A stretch of 64,000 nt of DNA from the NCBI GenBank assembly GCA_039815185.1, contig JBCBZT010000015.1, forward strand, positions 32,001-96,000. The letters are read 5' to 3'. This DNA is from Cyanobacteria bacterium P01_A01_bin.123 (GTDB taxonomy: Bacteria > Cyanobacteriota > Cyanobacteriia > Phormidesmidales > Phormidesmidaceae). Of the stretch, positions 19,554-29,300 are shown piece by piece; the stretch's first letter is position 1; every line of letters starts with the position of its first letter. Under the pieces are notes generated by a model, which saw only the letters and a program-made list of their open reading frames with translations, had not been told where the DNA came from and ran no database searches. Made by a program: the position numbers and the translations under genes.

Positions 19554-21854
19554 CTAAGACACAAATACCCAAACCGGAACGCGTTTGTAGGCGGGCGTCC
19601 CCGATCGCGTTTCGATTCGTGCTTTCATCAGCACATTCGCTTCGGGGTAAAACATCAACGCTGCGCCCCGGCGGACATCGCCAAAAATGATTTCAATGTT
19701 GTCGAGCTGTCCCCCATCCCCGCGTACCGAGACCCGCTGATGTTCAGCGAAGTTGGCTGCCGCAGCATCGGCGGGATGCATCAAAATACAGTGGCGGTGG
19801 GGCATACCGCGATATTTGTCGGCAATGCCATAGACTACGGTGTTGTGCTGGGCGTAGCTGCGTCCGGTAATCAACACCAGCACAAGGCCCTTTTCCATAG
19901 GCGTCACACCAAAGTTGGCCGGGGTGGGTAAGGTCAACTCCGGCAGCGGAGTCACGTGCATTTGAGCTTTGCCAGAGGGGGTGGCAAAGTGGGGTTGGGT
20001 AAAAATGCGCCCGTCGATGATGAACTCTTGCTGGGTGTCGTCAATCTGGCCAATTTTGCTGTAGCCGGGAATGGTTTGGGCGATCAGTTGGCGGACGTAG
20101 CGGGTGTCTTGGAGTTTGCGCCAGTCAATCGGCGTATCGCCATGGATGCGATGGGCCAGTTCGGTCAGAAAGGTGACTTCGGCAATCAAGTCAGCCTGTT
20201 TCAGATGGCTTTTGCCTTCGCTGTTGAGCCGCACAAAGTTATTGCCGGACTCGGTAGTGGTTTTGTGGGGATTTTCAAACCGATTCAGCACTGGAATGAT
20301 AATCGTCTGACGTTGGCCCAATCCGTGGAAGTGGCCCAGGTTGGGTTTAGTAGCCAAATAAATCACCGTGTCGATTTTCCCTAGTGCCCGTTTCGCCTGG
20401 GTCAAATCGGGGTTGGCCGCATAGAGGTTGCCGCCCAAACACAGCAGCGTATCAATTTTTCCGGCATCAGCGGCTTCGATCAGGGCGCGGGCATCGTAAC
20501 CCGGTTCTCGGCTGAGCGGTTTGCCCAGCAGGGTTTCTAGGGCTTCGCGAATTTCGGTTTTAAGCCGAGCGGTGACCCCCATGGAGCCAAACCCCTGGAC
20601 GTTGGAGTGACCCCGAATCGGCATTAACCCGGCCCCCACTTTGCCCGCGTTGCCCGTGCAGAGGGCAGTATTGGCGATCGCGAAAATATTGTCCACACTG
20701 TTGGCCTGCTGGGTAATGCCCATGGCCCAGGCAAATACGACTCGGCTTGACTGGTGAATGATCGCTGCTGCCGCTTCGATGTCGGCTTTGTTAACCCCGC
20801 AAGTCTCAACCAACGTGTCCCAATCCATCGATCGGGCTTGATCGAGCACCGCTTGCCAGTTGTCGCAGTGGGCTTGGAGAAAGGCTAAATCGACCCAGTC
20901 GCGTTCAATCAGCGCTTTTTGAATACCTAGGAAAATTGCCACATCGCTACCGGGGATGGGTTGCAAAAATAGATTGGCAATGTCTGACCCCGACAATAAA
21001 GATTTGAGCGGAAAGGCTGGGGAGGCAAACTTGACCAGCCCCACCTCTTTTACCGGGTTGATCACAATAATGCTGCCACCGCGATCGCGAACTTTGATCA
21101 GCTCATTCATCAAGCGGGGATGGTTAGCCGGGGCATTTGAACCAATCAGCACCACACAGTCTGACTGCTGTAAACTTTCCAAACTCACTAAGGAAGTACC
21201 CGTGCCAAACACCTGCTTCAAACTCACCGACGACGGGGCATGGCAGAGATCAGAACAGTCAGCCAGGTTGTTGGACCCCATGGCTCGCATCATCAGTTGC
21301 AGTAGATAGGCTGCTTCGTTAGAGGAACGGCCTGAACTATAAGAGGCAACTCGTTCTGGAGGCTGACGAAACGCGGTTTCGGCAATGGCGTAAATCTCGG
21401 CCCAGTCAATCCGTTGATAGTGGCTTTGGCCTGCTTGCAAAATCACCGGAAAGCTGAGCCGACCCAGACGATCGGCTTCCATTGACGTGAGCTGTTGCAG
21501 GTCTGCGATTGTATGACGATCAAAAAAGTGGTCAGACACAGGCGGCTGTAACTCCGCCATGATGGACTCCACACTCTTCATGCAGCGCTGCATGCTTTCA
21601 CCCACTTCGTTAGTGAACCCCCCCTTTTGCCCGCCCGTACCCCAAGCGCAAGAGAGGCAGGCACTTTTGTGCAGCAGCGTTTGCCACAATTTTGGCCCTT
21701 GGGGCGATAGGGTTTTTTCGGCCCAGTATTGGATGACGGGCAATCCGCCCCCTTTTCCAGGGGTGTTGGCGTTGGGGATATTGGCCTCAGATATTAGGGA
21801 AGGGCTGGGTTCAGAGGGCTGAGAAGATTGGGGCTGGGGAGTGTGATCTGACAT
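19554..21854 (-). CDS. FdhF/YdeP-family molybdopterin oxidoreductase
   Basis: CLSCAW, SGRSSNE, NNLADCSDLCH, NHPRL, PIRGHSNVQG and C-terminal TGRS..QHNT. Confidence 0.9.
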   Translation of the reverse strand: MSDHTPQPQSSQPSEPSPSLISEANIPNANTPGKGGGLPVIQYWAEKTLSPQGPKLWQTLLHKSACLSCAWGTGGQKGGFTNEVGESMQRCMKSVESIMAELQPPVSDHFFDRHTIADLQQLTSMEADRLGRLSFPVILQAGQSHYQRIDWAEIYAIAETAFRQPPERVASYSSGRSSNEAAYLLQLMMRAMGSNNLADCSDLCHAPSSVSLKQVFGTGTSLVSLESLQQSDCVVLIGSNAPANHPRLMNELIKVRDRGGSIIVINPVKEVGLVKFASPAFPLKSLLSGSDIANLFLQPIPGSDVAIFLGIQKALIERDWVDLAFLQAHCDNWQAVLDQARSMDWDTLVETCGVNKADIEAAAAIIHQSSRVVFAWAMGITQQANSVDNIFAIANTALCTGNAGKVGAGLMPIRGHSNVQGFGSMGVTARLKTEIREALETLLGKPLSREPGYDARALIEAADAGKIDTLLCLGGNLYAANPDLTQAKRALGKIDTVIYLATKPNLGHFHGLGQRQTIIIPVLNRFENPHKTTTESGNNFVRLNSEGKSHLKQADLIAEVTFLTELAHRIHGDTPIDWRKLQDTRYVRQLIAQTIPGYSKIGQIDDTQQEFIIDGRIFTQPHFATPSGKAQMHVTPLPELTLPTPANFGVTPMEKGLVLVLITGRSYAQHNTVVYGIADKYRGMPHRHCILMHPADAAAANFAEHQRVSVRGDGGQLDNIEIIFGDVRRGAALMFYPEANVLMKARIETRSGTPAYKRVPVWVFVS

Positions 21855-22348
21855 GGGGCGATGGACAGAGGGGACATGCTAAACCTTAACGAAGTTTTCG
21901 GCGAGGGAACCGTCCATCAAATAACCAGTCTGATCACCACTACCGGAGAGTACGGTATTAACTCCGCAATCTCCCGGAAACTGCTTTCAAAGAACTCGGA
22001 ATTGCTTAACTTTTATATGTAAATTTACAGGTTTAGAAATATATTTCGATAAAACAAAATGCATAAATAATAAGCGATAAATTCTAATCCTAAATTGAGT
22101 TTTTTCAATAGGTCTAAATACTCAACTTTAAGGCGCTAAATAATCAGCAACATTGTGGACAGTTGCAGAAACTGTCTTACTCCTATGCACTTTTCGCAAT
22201 TCGAGGTAAGAATGGTTAGGGCTGAACAGTTTAGTAGCTGTTACAGGAATTAATGTTCTTGGGCAGACTAATGTAACGCTGAACTTTACCTGAGCTTTAG
22301 CAAACAAACCGTCTTTTTCTTGATTGCTTTAACTGTTTGTTTGGCCCA

Positions 22349-22720
22349 ATGTCTAACGTAGATCTAGTGACTAACCAGTTCTCCAAATCGTCTAGTGTGA
22401 GTGTGATGAACTATTCCCTGTCCGGAACCCTGGGTTCCACCGGAGCGCCACAACGCAGCGAAAATAGCATCCTCAAGTATTTTCGCCGCCGCATCGACAA
22501 CATCTCAATCCACAGCGCCAAATCCGCCCGCTTGTTTGCCCGCTTGATTCCGGGTCAATGCCCCTTTGAGCGCGATATTAAAATCCTTGGTCGCAAGATT
22601 GCCCACATTCCCCCAATGTGCAAGCTCAACCCCCTTTATGAAGAGTTTGTTGGGTTGCGGTTCCGTGCCCTCTGCTACTTGGCTGATACCTGTGGTGAAG
22701 ATATTTCCGCGTTTATCTAG
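22349..22720 (+). CDS. Mo-nitro_C domain small protein (not a nitrogenase)
   Basis: IPGQCPFERD...IPPMCKLNPLY...LRFRALCYLAD.CGED signature; start uncertain. Confidence 0.85.
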   Translation: MSNVDLVTNQFSKSSSVSVMNYSLSGTLGSTGAPQRSENSILKYFRRRIDNISIHSAKSARLFARLIPGQCPFERDIKILGRKIAHIPPMCKLNPLYEEFVGLRFRALCYLADTCGEDISAFI

Positions 22721-22729
22721 ATAAACATC

Positions 22730-22774
22730 CAAATCAAGACCCCAGGGTTTTTGAAAAACCCTGGGGTCTGTCAC
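22730..22774 (+). repeat. 45-bp palindromic repeat family B, left copy
   Basis: CAAATCAAGACCCCAGGGTTTTTGAAAAACCCTGGGGTCTGTCAC; 43/45 identical to 25154-25198. Confidence 0.9.
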
Positions 22775-22786
22775 GTCACAGCCAAC

Positions 22787-24907
22787 TCAAAACAACCCCA
22801 AAATCATTGGCAGCAGGGTTTTGCAGGCGGTTGCCAGTTTTGACGCATCGGTGAGGCTTTCGGCAATCGACTTGAGCGTCGTCGTCGCCCGTTTTGCCAT
22901 CCGCTGCATGGCGTTTTCTTTAGGATTACCGCCTGCTTTAGCCAGTTTAGCCACTTCGCCCAGGGCCTCGGCTTTTTCGTCGTCGCTGAGTTCGCTGTCG
23001 GTTTCGACGGCGGCTTTGAGTTGGGTGAGGAGGTCTTTGAGGCTGGGTTGTTCGGGATTGGAGGCAGCGTCGGGGAGTTGGTTGATTTGGTTGGTGACCT
23101 GGCCGCTGATTTCGCCCAGGTTAACCAGGTTGCCTTGCATGTCGCCAGTGTTGACGAAGCTGCCCTCGCCTGTGGTGATGTTGGGGTTGTTGCTTTGGTT
23201 CATGGCGGTGGTATTGACAGTTAGGTTGGGGGACATTGGGCCAAGGCCCAGCATAATCGCTTTAAGATCATCGGCCCGTTTACGTTCACCTTCTAGCAGT
23301 CCTTGGGTTCGTGCTGCTGCCAGCTTGATCGCTTGCCGTTCATCAAAGTCTTGTTCAAATTGACCTTTATCCGTTTCTGGGGGGACGGCCACGGTCAACA
23401 GCACATCCTCACCTTTTTTTTCAAACCCTTGGATGGCATCGGCAGACAAATCGTATCTGGCCATCAACTGTTCCACCGTTTCCTTAAAAATCTGGGGATG
23501 AATCCCCTGGCGAATCAAGATTTGCACGGTGTCGAGCATTTCTTTGAAGAACTTTTCAAAGTCGCCGGGTTGAAAGGTTTTGTCGGGATTGTGGGGGCGA
23601 CGTTCGCGACTGCCTTGGGCGTTGGGGTGTTCGAGCAAATAGACGAACTGGCAATCGACGTCTTTAAGGATTGTGGTGGAATCGATATTCCAGGCTTCGA
23701 GGGTGGCTCCGGTGAGGTGGGCAGCGGTGAAGTCGGTGCCGATACAGTTGGTTTCGGTGAGGTTAGCGTTGTGGAGTTCGGCAGCTTGGAGGGTTGCGCC
23801 TTTGAGGTTAGCGCCTTTGAGGTTGGCGTTGTGGAGTTGGGCACCTGCGAGGTTAGCGCCCCGGAGAACGGCGTTGGTGAGGTCTTGGTTGGTGCCCTTG
23901 AGGGTGGTGAGGAGATTGCGGACGCGGGGATCTTGGAGGTTAGATGTGCCAAGGCAGGCGCGATCGAGGTTTTGGGTGTGGTGCCAGCGGGTATGGGTGA
24001 GGACTGTGGCGCGCTGGCGGGAGTTAGCAAAGTTGGTGCTTTTGAGGGGGGCTTGGGCAAAGGAGGTGGCGGTGAGATCTGCGCCGCTAAAGGTGGTGCC
24101 GCCGAGGGCGGCGAATGCTAAGCCGATGGTGCGAAGATTTTCAAACTTCGGATCACCTCTATGAATACGGCGATTAATATAGATAGAAAGCAATAAACTA
24201 GTGCTAGCCCCAGTAAAAGCGCTAGCGAAAGCGCCAGCGAAAGCGAAAGCGCCAGCAAAAGCAAAAGCAAAAGCGCCAGCAAAAGCAAAAGCAAAAGCGA
24301 CAGCGCCAGCAAAAGCGACAGCAAAAGCGACAGCAAAAGCGACAGCGCCAGCAAAAGCAAAAGCAAAAGCGACAGCAAAAGCGACAGCAAAAGGGACAGC
24401 GACAGCGACAGCAAAAGCAAAAGCAAAAGGGACAGCGACAGTGACAGCAAAAGCAAAAGCAAAAGCGACGCTCCCCAGTGCTTTGAGAGTGAACCCTTTG
24501 CGGGCGAGCGCAAAGAAAACGATGGCAGCCGCAACTAAGCCTGCGATTCCAGCAGCGACAATGCTCGGATCAGAATCAACTAAAGCTGAACCGATAAGCG
24601 CTCCAGCAAGTGCTTGAAGAAACCCAGCCAGGGCTGCAATTATTCCTACCAGTAATAACTGCCCCATACACCATCGCCGCTGTAGCCCTGCCCTGACACC
24701 GCAAAACTTCACCCTCCGCAACGTCGCATCCACAAACCGCGCACTGCGAATATCCGCGCCACTAAAGTCCACCCCAGACAAATCCGCCCCGCGAAAACTA
24801 CAGCCGCGTAAAATCGTGCCGCGAAAGTCACGTTCTCCCGCTGCGTAGAGACGCAATACATCCTTAGCTTTGAGTCGCTGCCCGTGGTACTTGCCCGTTT
24901 CTGCCAT
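22787..24907 (-). CDS. Pentapeptide-repeat membrane protein with an Ala/Phe/Val low-complexity segment and a helical C-terminal domain
   Basis: YAAGERDFRG start and A(D/N)LxxA pentapeptides on both sides of a TM block; AFAFAVAVA tract at about 24215-24470. Confidence 0.9.
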   Translation of the reverse strand: MAETGKYHGQRLKAKDVLRLYAAGERDFRGTILRGCSFRGADLSGVDFSGADIRSARFVDATLRRVKFCGVRAGLQRRWCMGQLLLVGIIAALAGFLQALAGALIGSALVDSDPSIVAAGIAGLVAAAIVFFALARKGFTLKALGSVAFAFAFAVTVAVPFAFAFAVAVAVPFAVAFAVAFAFAFAGAVAFAVAFAVAFAGAVAFAFAFAGAFAFAFAGAFAFAGAFASAFTGASTSLLLSIYINRRIHRGDPKFENLRTIGLAFAALGGTTFSGADLTATSFAQAPLKSTNFANSRQRATVLTHTRWHHTQNLDRACLGTSNLQDPRVRNLLTTLKGTNQDLTNAVLRGANLAGAQLHNANLKGANLKGATLQAAELHNANLTETNCIGTDFTAAHLTGATLEAWNIDSTTILKDVDCQFVYLLEHPNAQGSRERRPHNPDKTFQPGDFEKFFKEMLDTVQILIRQGIHPQIFKETVEQLMARYDLSADAIQGFEKKGEDVLLTVAVPPETDKGQFEQDFDERQAIKLAAARTQGLLEGERKRADDLKAIMLGLGPMSPNLTVNTTAMNQSNNPNITTGEGSFVNTGDMQGNLVNLGEISGQVTNQINQLPDAASNPEQPSLKDLLTQLKAAVETDSELSDDEKAEALGEVAKLAKAGGNPKENAMQRMAKRATTTLKSIAESLTDASKLATACKTLLPMILGLF

Positions 24908-24925
24908 CACCCCATCACCCCTAGC

Positions 24926-25083
24926 AAAAACCGGGTTTCTGGGGGTACGAGTTAAGCATCCTGACCCAACCCGAGGAGAAACCCGGTTTCTTGGAATATT
25001 GCGTTGCCCTAATTTAAGCCCAAGTTGCGGGAAAGGGGCAAAGGGAACGATTTTGGATGTTGGATTTCAGAAACCGGGTTTCT
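24926..25083. repeat. Cluster of short AGAAACC(G/C)GGTTTCT palindromes
   Basis: Copies near 24926, 24977 and 25070; related copies at 38108-38207. Confidence 0.6.
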
Positions 25084-25153
25084 GGGGTTTCCCCATCCTG
25101 GTCTAACACTGATGGGGAAACCCGATTTCGTTGAACATTTCGAGAATTATTAG

Positions 25154-25198
25154 CAAATCAAGACCCCAGGGTTTTTCAAAAACCCTGGGGTCTGCCAC
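25154..25198 (+). repeat. 45-bp palindromic repeat family B, right copy
   Basis: CAAATCAAGACCCCAGGGTTTTTCAAAAACCCTGGGGTCTGCCAC. Confidence 0.9.
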
Positions 25199-25206
25199 CT
25201 TGTAGA

Positions 25207-26052
25207 TCACGACTGAATATTTAGCGCCCAGTCGTAGTCCAGATACTTGACTTCGTAATTCCCTTCCCTCAGGTAAGCGGCATCTTCCTCACTGACGTAG
25301 TTCGTAATAAAGTTGAGCACCGCCCGTTCAGCGTCATTCCCCGTAAAGCCTTCGTCAACGCCATAGGTCGGGATCCAATCTTGCCCAAACCAGTTAAAGA
25401 TCATGGAGAGCATTACCTGGTTATTGTCTCGATCAATCTGTAAACCCATGGGGCTGTCGATAAATTTCTGGGATTGATCCTCTAGTTGGGCATCAAGGTC
25501 ATCACCCCGAAAAGGTTCAGCGCGTAAGGGCGGGCAGCTGATGGCGGCACACACTAAGGCAGCATGGATGCGAGGTTCATTATGATTGGCGCGCAGGGTG
25601 TTGTGCTCGATATCATCTAGCGTCTTGGACTGATCAAGCACCGAGTGAGTGGTGATCCGCCATACCCCCAGGATGTCTTTGATGCTGCCCTTGAGCGGCT
25701 CTTGATTGACAATCGACTGGAGCGTAATCGCGTTGTACGCATTCACCCAGTAGGCAATTTGTTCAGCCTCTGTCCAGGTTTCAAAGTCGCTGGGGGTAAC
25801 GGCGGCAAAAGAGGCCACAAAACTATCAAGCTGTTGCCGATTGGCTTGGAGTTGGGCGTAGTCGATCAGACCTTGGTCGTCAACATAGGTCTCTAGCACT
25901 TCTGCATAGTCGTCATAGGTCTCTGGGATGGCAGCGACCTCAGATTGAGATTCGGTTTGAATCGCCTGGTTTTGAGAATTAACCGATGCGACACAACCCG
26001 TCATCAAGGCAATAACGGGTAGCAGCGCTAAAAGAGAAGAAGATTGACGCAT
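25207..26052 (-). CDS. DUF547-domain lipoprotein
   Basis: Lipobox MTGC; AYWVNAYNA, LDDIEH, EPRIHAALVCAAISCPPL and YLDYDWALN. Confidence 0.9.
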   Translation of the reverse strand: MRQSSSLLALLPVIALMTGCVASVNSQNQAIQTESQSEVAAIPETYDDYAEVLETYVDDQGLIDYAQLQANRQQLDSFVASFAAVTPSDFETWTEAEQIAYWVNAYNAITLQSIVNQEPLKGSIKDILGVWRITTHSVLDQSKTLDDIEHNTLRANHNEPRIHAALVCAAISCPPLRAEPFRGDDLDAQLEDQSQKFIDSPMGLQIDRDNNQVMLSMIFNWFGQDWIPTYGVDEGFTGNDAERAVLNFITNYVSEEDAAYLREGNYEVKYLDYDWALNIQS

Positions 26053-26167
26053 AGTATTTGACGTTGCCTGGGTTTGCTTAAGCGTTCAAGGGTTAAACAG
26101 GATTTCTAACTGTTTTCATTTCACCAAGCAAACCTGAAAAGTCGCTGAGTTCCCCATGAAAACTACC

Positions 26168-27775
26168 CTAGGAATCGGGTCTTTTGAAGCCTTGATACGG
26201 ATAGCTTTCTAGAGCTGGTCGCTGAGTATCGCGCCATCCTAAAAATGCCAACAGCCCCAGCCCAAAGGGAAGCCACAGCCCCCAGCGTTCTAACGGGCTG
26301 AGGTACCAACTGCCATCACCCAAGACACTGCGATAGGGCAACACAAAGTAAACAAAGGCTGATAGACCCATCAACCGGGAACCCCAGTTGCGGCTGATCA
26401 CCGCAAAGGGCATCAGCCAGGCAAAATACCAGGCATGAATAATCGGCGACAGGGTCAATAGGGCCAGCAGATACCACTCAGCAAACTGCCAAAATGTCTG
26501 GGCCCGCAGCAACAGCCACACCACCGCCAAAGTTAGGGGGAAAGCAAACAACCAGTTTTCCCAGCGGGAGGCGGGCCAAACTTGCTCAACCAAAAACGGG
26601 ATCAGCTCTGCACTGCGACCATAGGCGACAAAGCCAGAGTCGGTAGGCACCAGCGGGCAAGCCGTTGGGGAACAAAAGGGCAGAGCACTGAGCCCGATCG
26701 GCATCAAGCCGCTCAGCAAAACGCCAACGGCAAGCACTGGGCCAAATCGCCGCAGCGATCGCCACACGAGAAACGCCAACACAGGTAGGGATATCCACTT
26801 GACGGCAATGCTGATGCCCACCAAGGCAGCGCTGATTAGCCAACGCCAGGGGTGGGGAGTTGGGGTGAAAGTGGGCGATCGCCCGATGACCTTAAATACA
26901 TTCTGAGCTGCCCCCTTGCTGCCCAAGTCTGGCGGGTTCTGAAGTTCAAAGTCCTCCAAACTTGGGGGATTTAGGGGGCGAATGCAGCGTGCTGGAGGCG
27001 CTTCAAACGGCTTTTGATTAATCAGCGGCTCACCCGTGGATGTCTTAGCCGACATTAATAACACCCCAGCTGCCACCAGGGGGAGTAAAAACCAGCTATC
27101 GTAGTGCCCTCCACTCGCAAAGCTATAAATCACCAGTGGATTCCAAGCATAAAGCAGGGTTGCCCCATAGCCCGTGTAACGACTCAGCACCCCACAAATA
27201 CCCAAATCTGCCGCGACAAACGCCAACTTAAACAGCCAAATGGCTGGCGTCATCATCGCCAACACCCGAAACCCAAACTGAGTCATGGGGGGATAAATCG
27301 CCGACACATCGGGATGGTTGATTTGCGACCACCACTCAGGGCGAAGATTCACCAACTCCCAAGCGTTGGGGGCAAACGCATAGGGGCTAATGCCCTGGGT
27401 TTGTAAGTAGCCTTCCCATAGATATCGCCAAATGTCGCTATTGGGCGCCATCCCGAGCAGCAGCAACCGGGTCAAAACGGCTACGACCCAAAACCAACGC
27501 GCCCCAATATTGCCCATTTGCCAAGACAGGACATATCCCGCCCCCATCACCGCTGCCCCCAGCCAAAATTGGGGAATTGCTTCAGCGTGCCGCAGAAAGT
27601 CGCCGTAGCGCACCATCCACAGCGCCCCGATCAACAGCAACGCTGCACTAAGACTCCGCACTATAGGTTGGGGCAGCCAAGATTGAGGCAGCCAAGATTG
27701 AGGCAGCCAAGATTGGGGTGGCCAGCGCAGCCTTTGCAGACTGCCTGATATGCGCTTAGACACAGATTTATTCAT
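26168..27775 (-). CDS. GT-C (GT87/DUF2029-like) polytopic glycosyltransferase with an in-frame repeat insertion
   Basis: SDIWRYLWEG, INHPDVSAIYPP, YAWNPL, GGHYD and IHAWY; Pro-rich insert at about 26850-27050. Confidence 0.8.
   Translation of the reverse strand: MNKSVSKRISGSLQRLRWPPQSWLPQSWLPQSWLPQPIVRSLSAALLLIGALWMVRYGDFLRHAEAIPQFWLGAAVMGAGYVLSWQMGNIGARWFWVVAVLTRLLLLGMAPNSDIWRYLWEGYLQTQGISPYAFAPNAWELVNLRPEWWSQINHPDVSAIYPPMTQFGFRVLAMMTPAIWLFKLAFVAADLGICGVLSRYTGYGATLLYAWNPLVIYSFASGGHYDSWFLLPLVAAGVLLMSAKTSTGEPLINQKPFEAPPARCIRPLNPPSLEDFELQNPPDLGSKGAAQNVFKVIGRSPTFTPTPHPWRWLISAALVGISIAVKWISLPVLAFLVWRSLRRFGPVLAVGVLLSGLMPIGLSALPFCSPTACPLVPTDSGFVAYGRSAELIPFLVEQVWPASRWENWLFAFPLTLAVVWLLLRAQTFWQFAEWYLLALLTLSPIIHAWYFAWLMPFAVISRNWGSRLMGLSAFVYFVLPYRSVLGDGSWYLSPLERWGLWLPFGLGLLAFLGWRDTQRPALESYPYQGFKRPDS
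26910..26979. repeat. Cyanobacterial GC-clamp palindromic element inside a CDS
   Basis: GCCCCCT...AAAGTCCTCCAAACTTGGGGGATTTAGGGGGC with terminal inverted repeats. Confidence 0.65.
27672..27716. repeat. 15-bp tandem repeat x3 (encodes PQSWL)
   Basis: GGCAGCCAAGATTG(A/G) three times. Confidence 0.9.
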
Positions 27776-28511
27776 GGCCTTGGGACTGTAGACTAAATCG
27801 TCGTCGCAACTGCTGCCAGTAAAGCCAACCCAGGGTGCTCAAGATAATGGTGCCCGCTTGCACACTGCCTTTGAGCGTCCCCGAAATCTTCGAGCGCCCG
27901 CCTTTACGGGGATAGTAGCCCACGGGCAGTTCACAGATGCGGAGGCCACATTCGATCGCTCTAGCCTGCATTTCTACCGTCCAGCCAAAGCCGCGATCGC
28001 GCATCTGAATTCGCCCCAACGCATCTCTTCGAATCAAGCGCAGGGGGCCTAAGTCGTGATATCGATATCCCCAGCCCCAGTGGATCAACGTTGTGGCTAG
28101 GGAATTGCCAAAATTTTGGATCGCCGTCATCACCCGTCGTCCGGCCAGGGTTGCCCGTCGGTTACCCAAAATTAGGTCATAGTGGCGGCGCTGGGCCAAC
28201 ATGGCAGGCACTTGGGCGACATCGTCACTGCCGTCTCCATCGCAAAACAAAATCCACTCGACGGTCTCTGGCAAATCTTGTAAACCGCGCCAGCAAGCTT
28301 GGCCATAGCCCTGCCTGGGTTCAAAAATGACCGTTGCCCCCCCGGCGGTTGCCACCGCACCACTGCGATCGTGGCTGCCATTATCAATCACGCGAATGTG
28401 GGTCAGCCCTAACGTGCGTAGTGCTTGAACCACAGCGCCAATGGTACCCTCTTCATTCAACACAGGAATGATCACGAAGACGTTGTCAAAGCGGTTAGGC
28501 GCTGGGGTCAT
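27768..28511 (-). CDS. GT2 polyprenyl-phosphate glycosyltransferase-like protein
   Basis: IIPVLNEE, VIDNGSHD, GYGQAC, FCDGDGSDD, DLGPLR and SKISGT. Confidence 0.9.
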   Translation of the reverse strand: MTPAPNRFDNVFVIIPVLNEEGTIGAVVQALRTLGLTHIRVIDNGSHDRSGAVATAGGATVIFEPRQGYGQACWRGLQDLPETVEWILFCDGDGSDDVAQVPAMLAQRRHYDLILGNRRATLAGRRVMTAIQNFGNSLATTLIHWGWGYRYHDLGPLRLIRRDALGRIQMRDRGFGWTVEMQARAIECGLRICELPVGYYPRKGGRSKISGTLKGSVQAGTIILSTLGWLYWQQLRRRFSLQSQGHE

Positions 28512-28646
28512 AGAATCCAGGGTCAGCTAGTGGAGCTTTGAGCCCGCGAGGTTAGAACCCCTCGCAGATCAAAACACTTCGCAGTAGCCTAATCCAGCCC
28601 TACAACTCATACATTAGAAACAAATTAAACCTGAGAGAGTACAACA

Positions 28647-29255
28647 TTAAAACCTGAGGGCATACATCAGCTGACTCGCCAAAGTGGCCGGCAATCGCAG
28701 CCGTTGGTGAAAGTGAGCAAAGCTTTGATAAGGGCCAAAAGCCTGACGTTGCTGTACAATCTGGCGAGCCAAATATAGGTCAATCCCCGGTATCTGGCTC
28801 AACTGCTCTACCGTGGCATGATTGGGATTAATCAACACAGGCTGGACGCAGCTCTGCGCATCGTAGTGGTAAAACCGCAGCACCGGCTCCCACAATCGCA
28901 GGGCTTGGAGGGGTAAACTCAACGCCGCCGCCAAATCTTCTAAGCAGTAAAACTGAAGACCTGACTGACTCAACTCAACCAGCGATCGCGCTTGGTGAAT
29001 CGACAACCCCGGTAACCGCAACCAATCGTCCACCGTCGCCCGATTGGCATCAATAGTAATGCCTGCTTCAGCCGCGATCGTCACATCCTCAGCCGACTCA
29101 AACCGTGCATAGGGATTCGCCAATAATTGACGCCGCCGAGGAGAAACCCGATCCCTGAGATGCTTTGACCATCGGCCCCATGGAGCTAACGTTTCACCCC
29201 GGAGCGATCGCCCAGAATACTGCCCCTTAGAAAACATCTCCCCCATCTCCTTCAT
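28647..29255 (-). CDS. ComEA-like helix-hairpin-helix DNA-binding protein
   Basis: Two HhH modules (DANRATVDDWLRLPGLS; NPNHATVEQLSQIPGID); start uncertain. Confidence 0.8.
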   Translation of the reverse strand: MKEMGEMFSKGQYSGRSLRGETLAPWGRWSKHLRDRVSPRRRQLLANPYARFESAEDVTIAAEAGITIDANRATVDDWLRLPGLSIHQARSLVELSQSGLQFYCLEDLAAALSLPLQALRLWEPVLRFYHYDAQSCVQPVLINPNHATVEQLSQIPGIDLYLARQIVQQRQAFGPYQSFAHFHQRLRLPATLASQLMYALRF

Positions 29256-29300
29256 CCATGACTCCCTCTCTCCCCAACCCCCACTCCCTTACTTCCCCAA

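Noticed and set aside
13083..21854. Selenocysteine recoding in selD or the FdhF-like gene
   Set aside because: Both ORFs are uninterrupted, with Cys at the relevant motifs and no in-frame TGA.
22349..22720. Nitrogen fixation gene
   Set aside because: Mo-nitro_C is a misleading domain name, and there are no nif genes in the window.
24118..24617. Poly-Leu and AKAKA histone-like ORFs
   Set aside because: Alternative-frame readings of the hexamer tract inside the pentapeptide gene.
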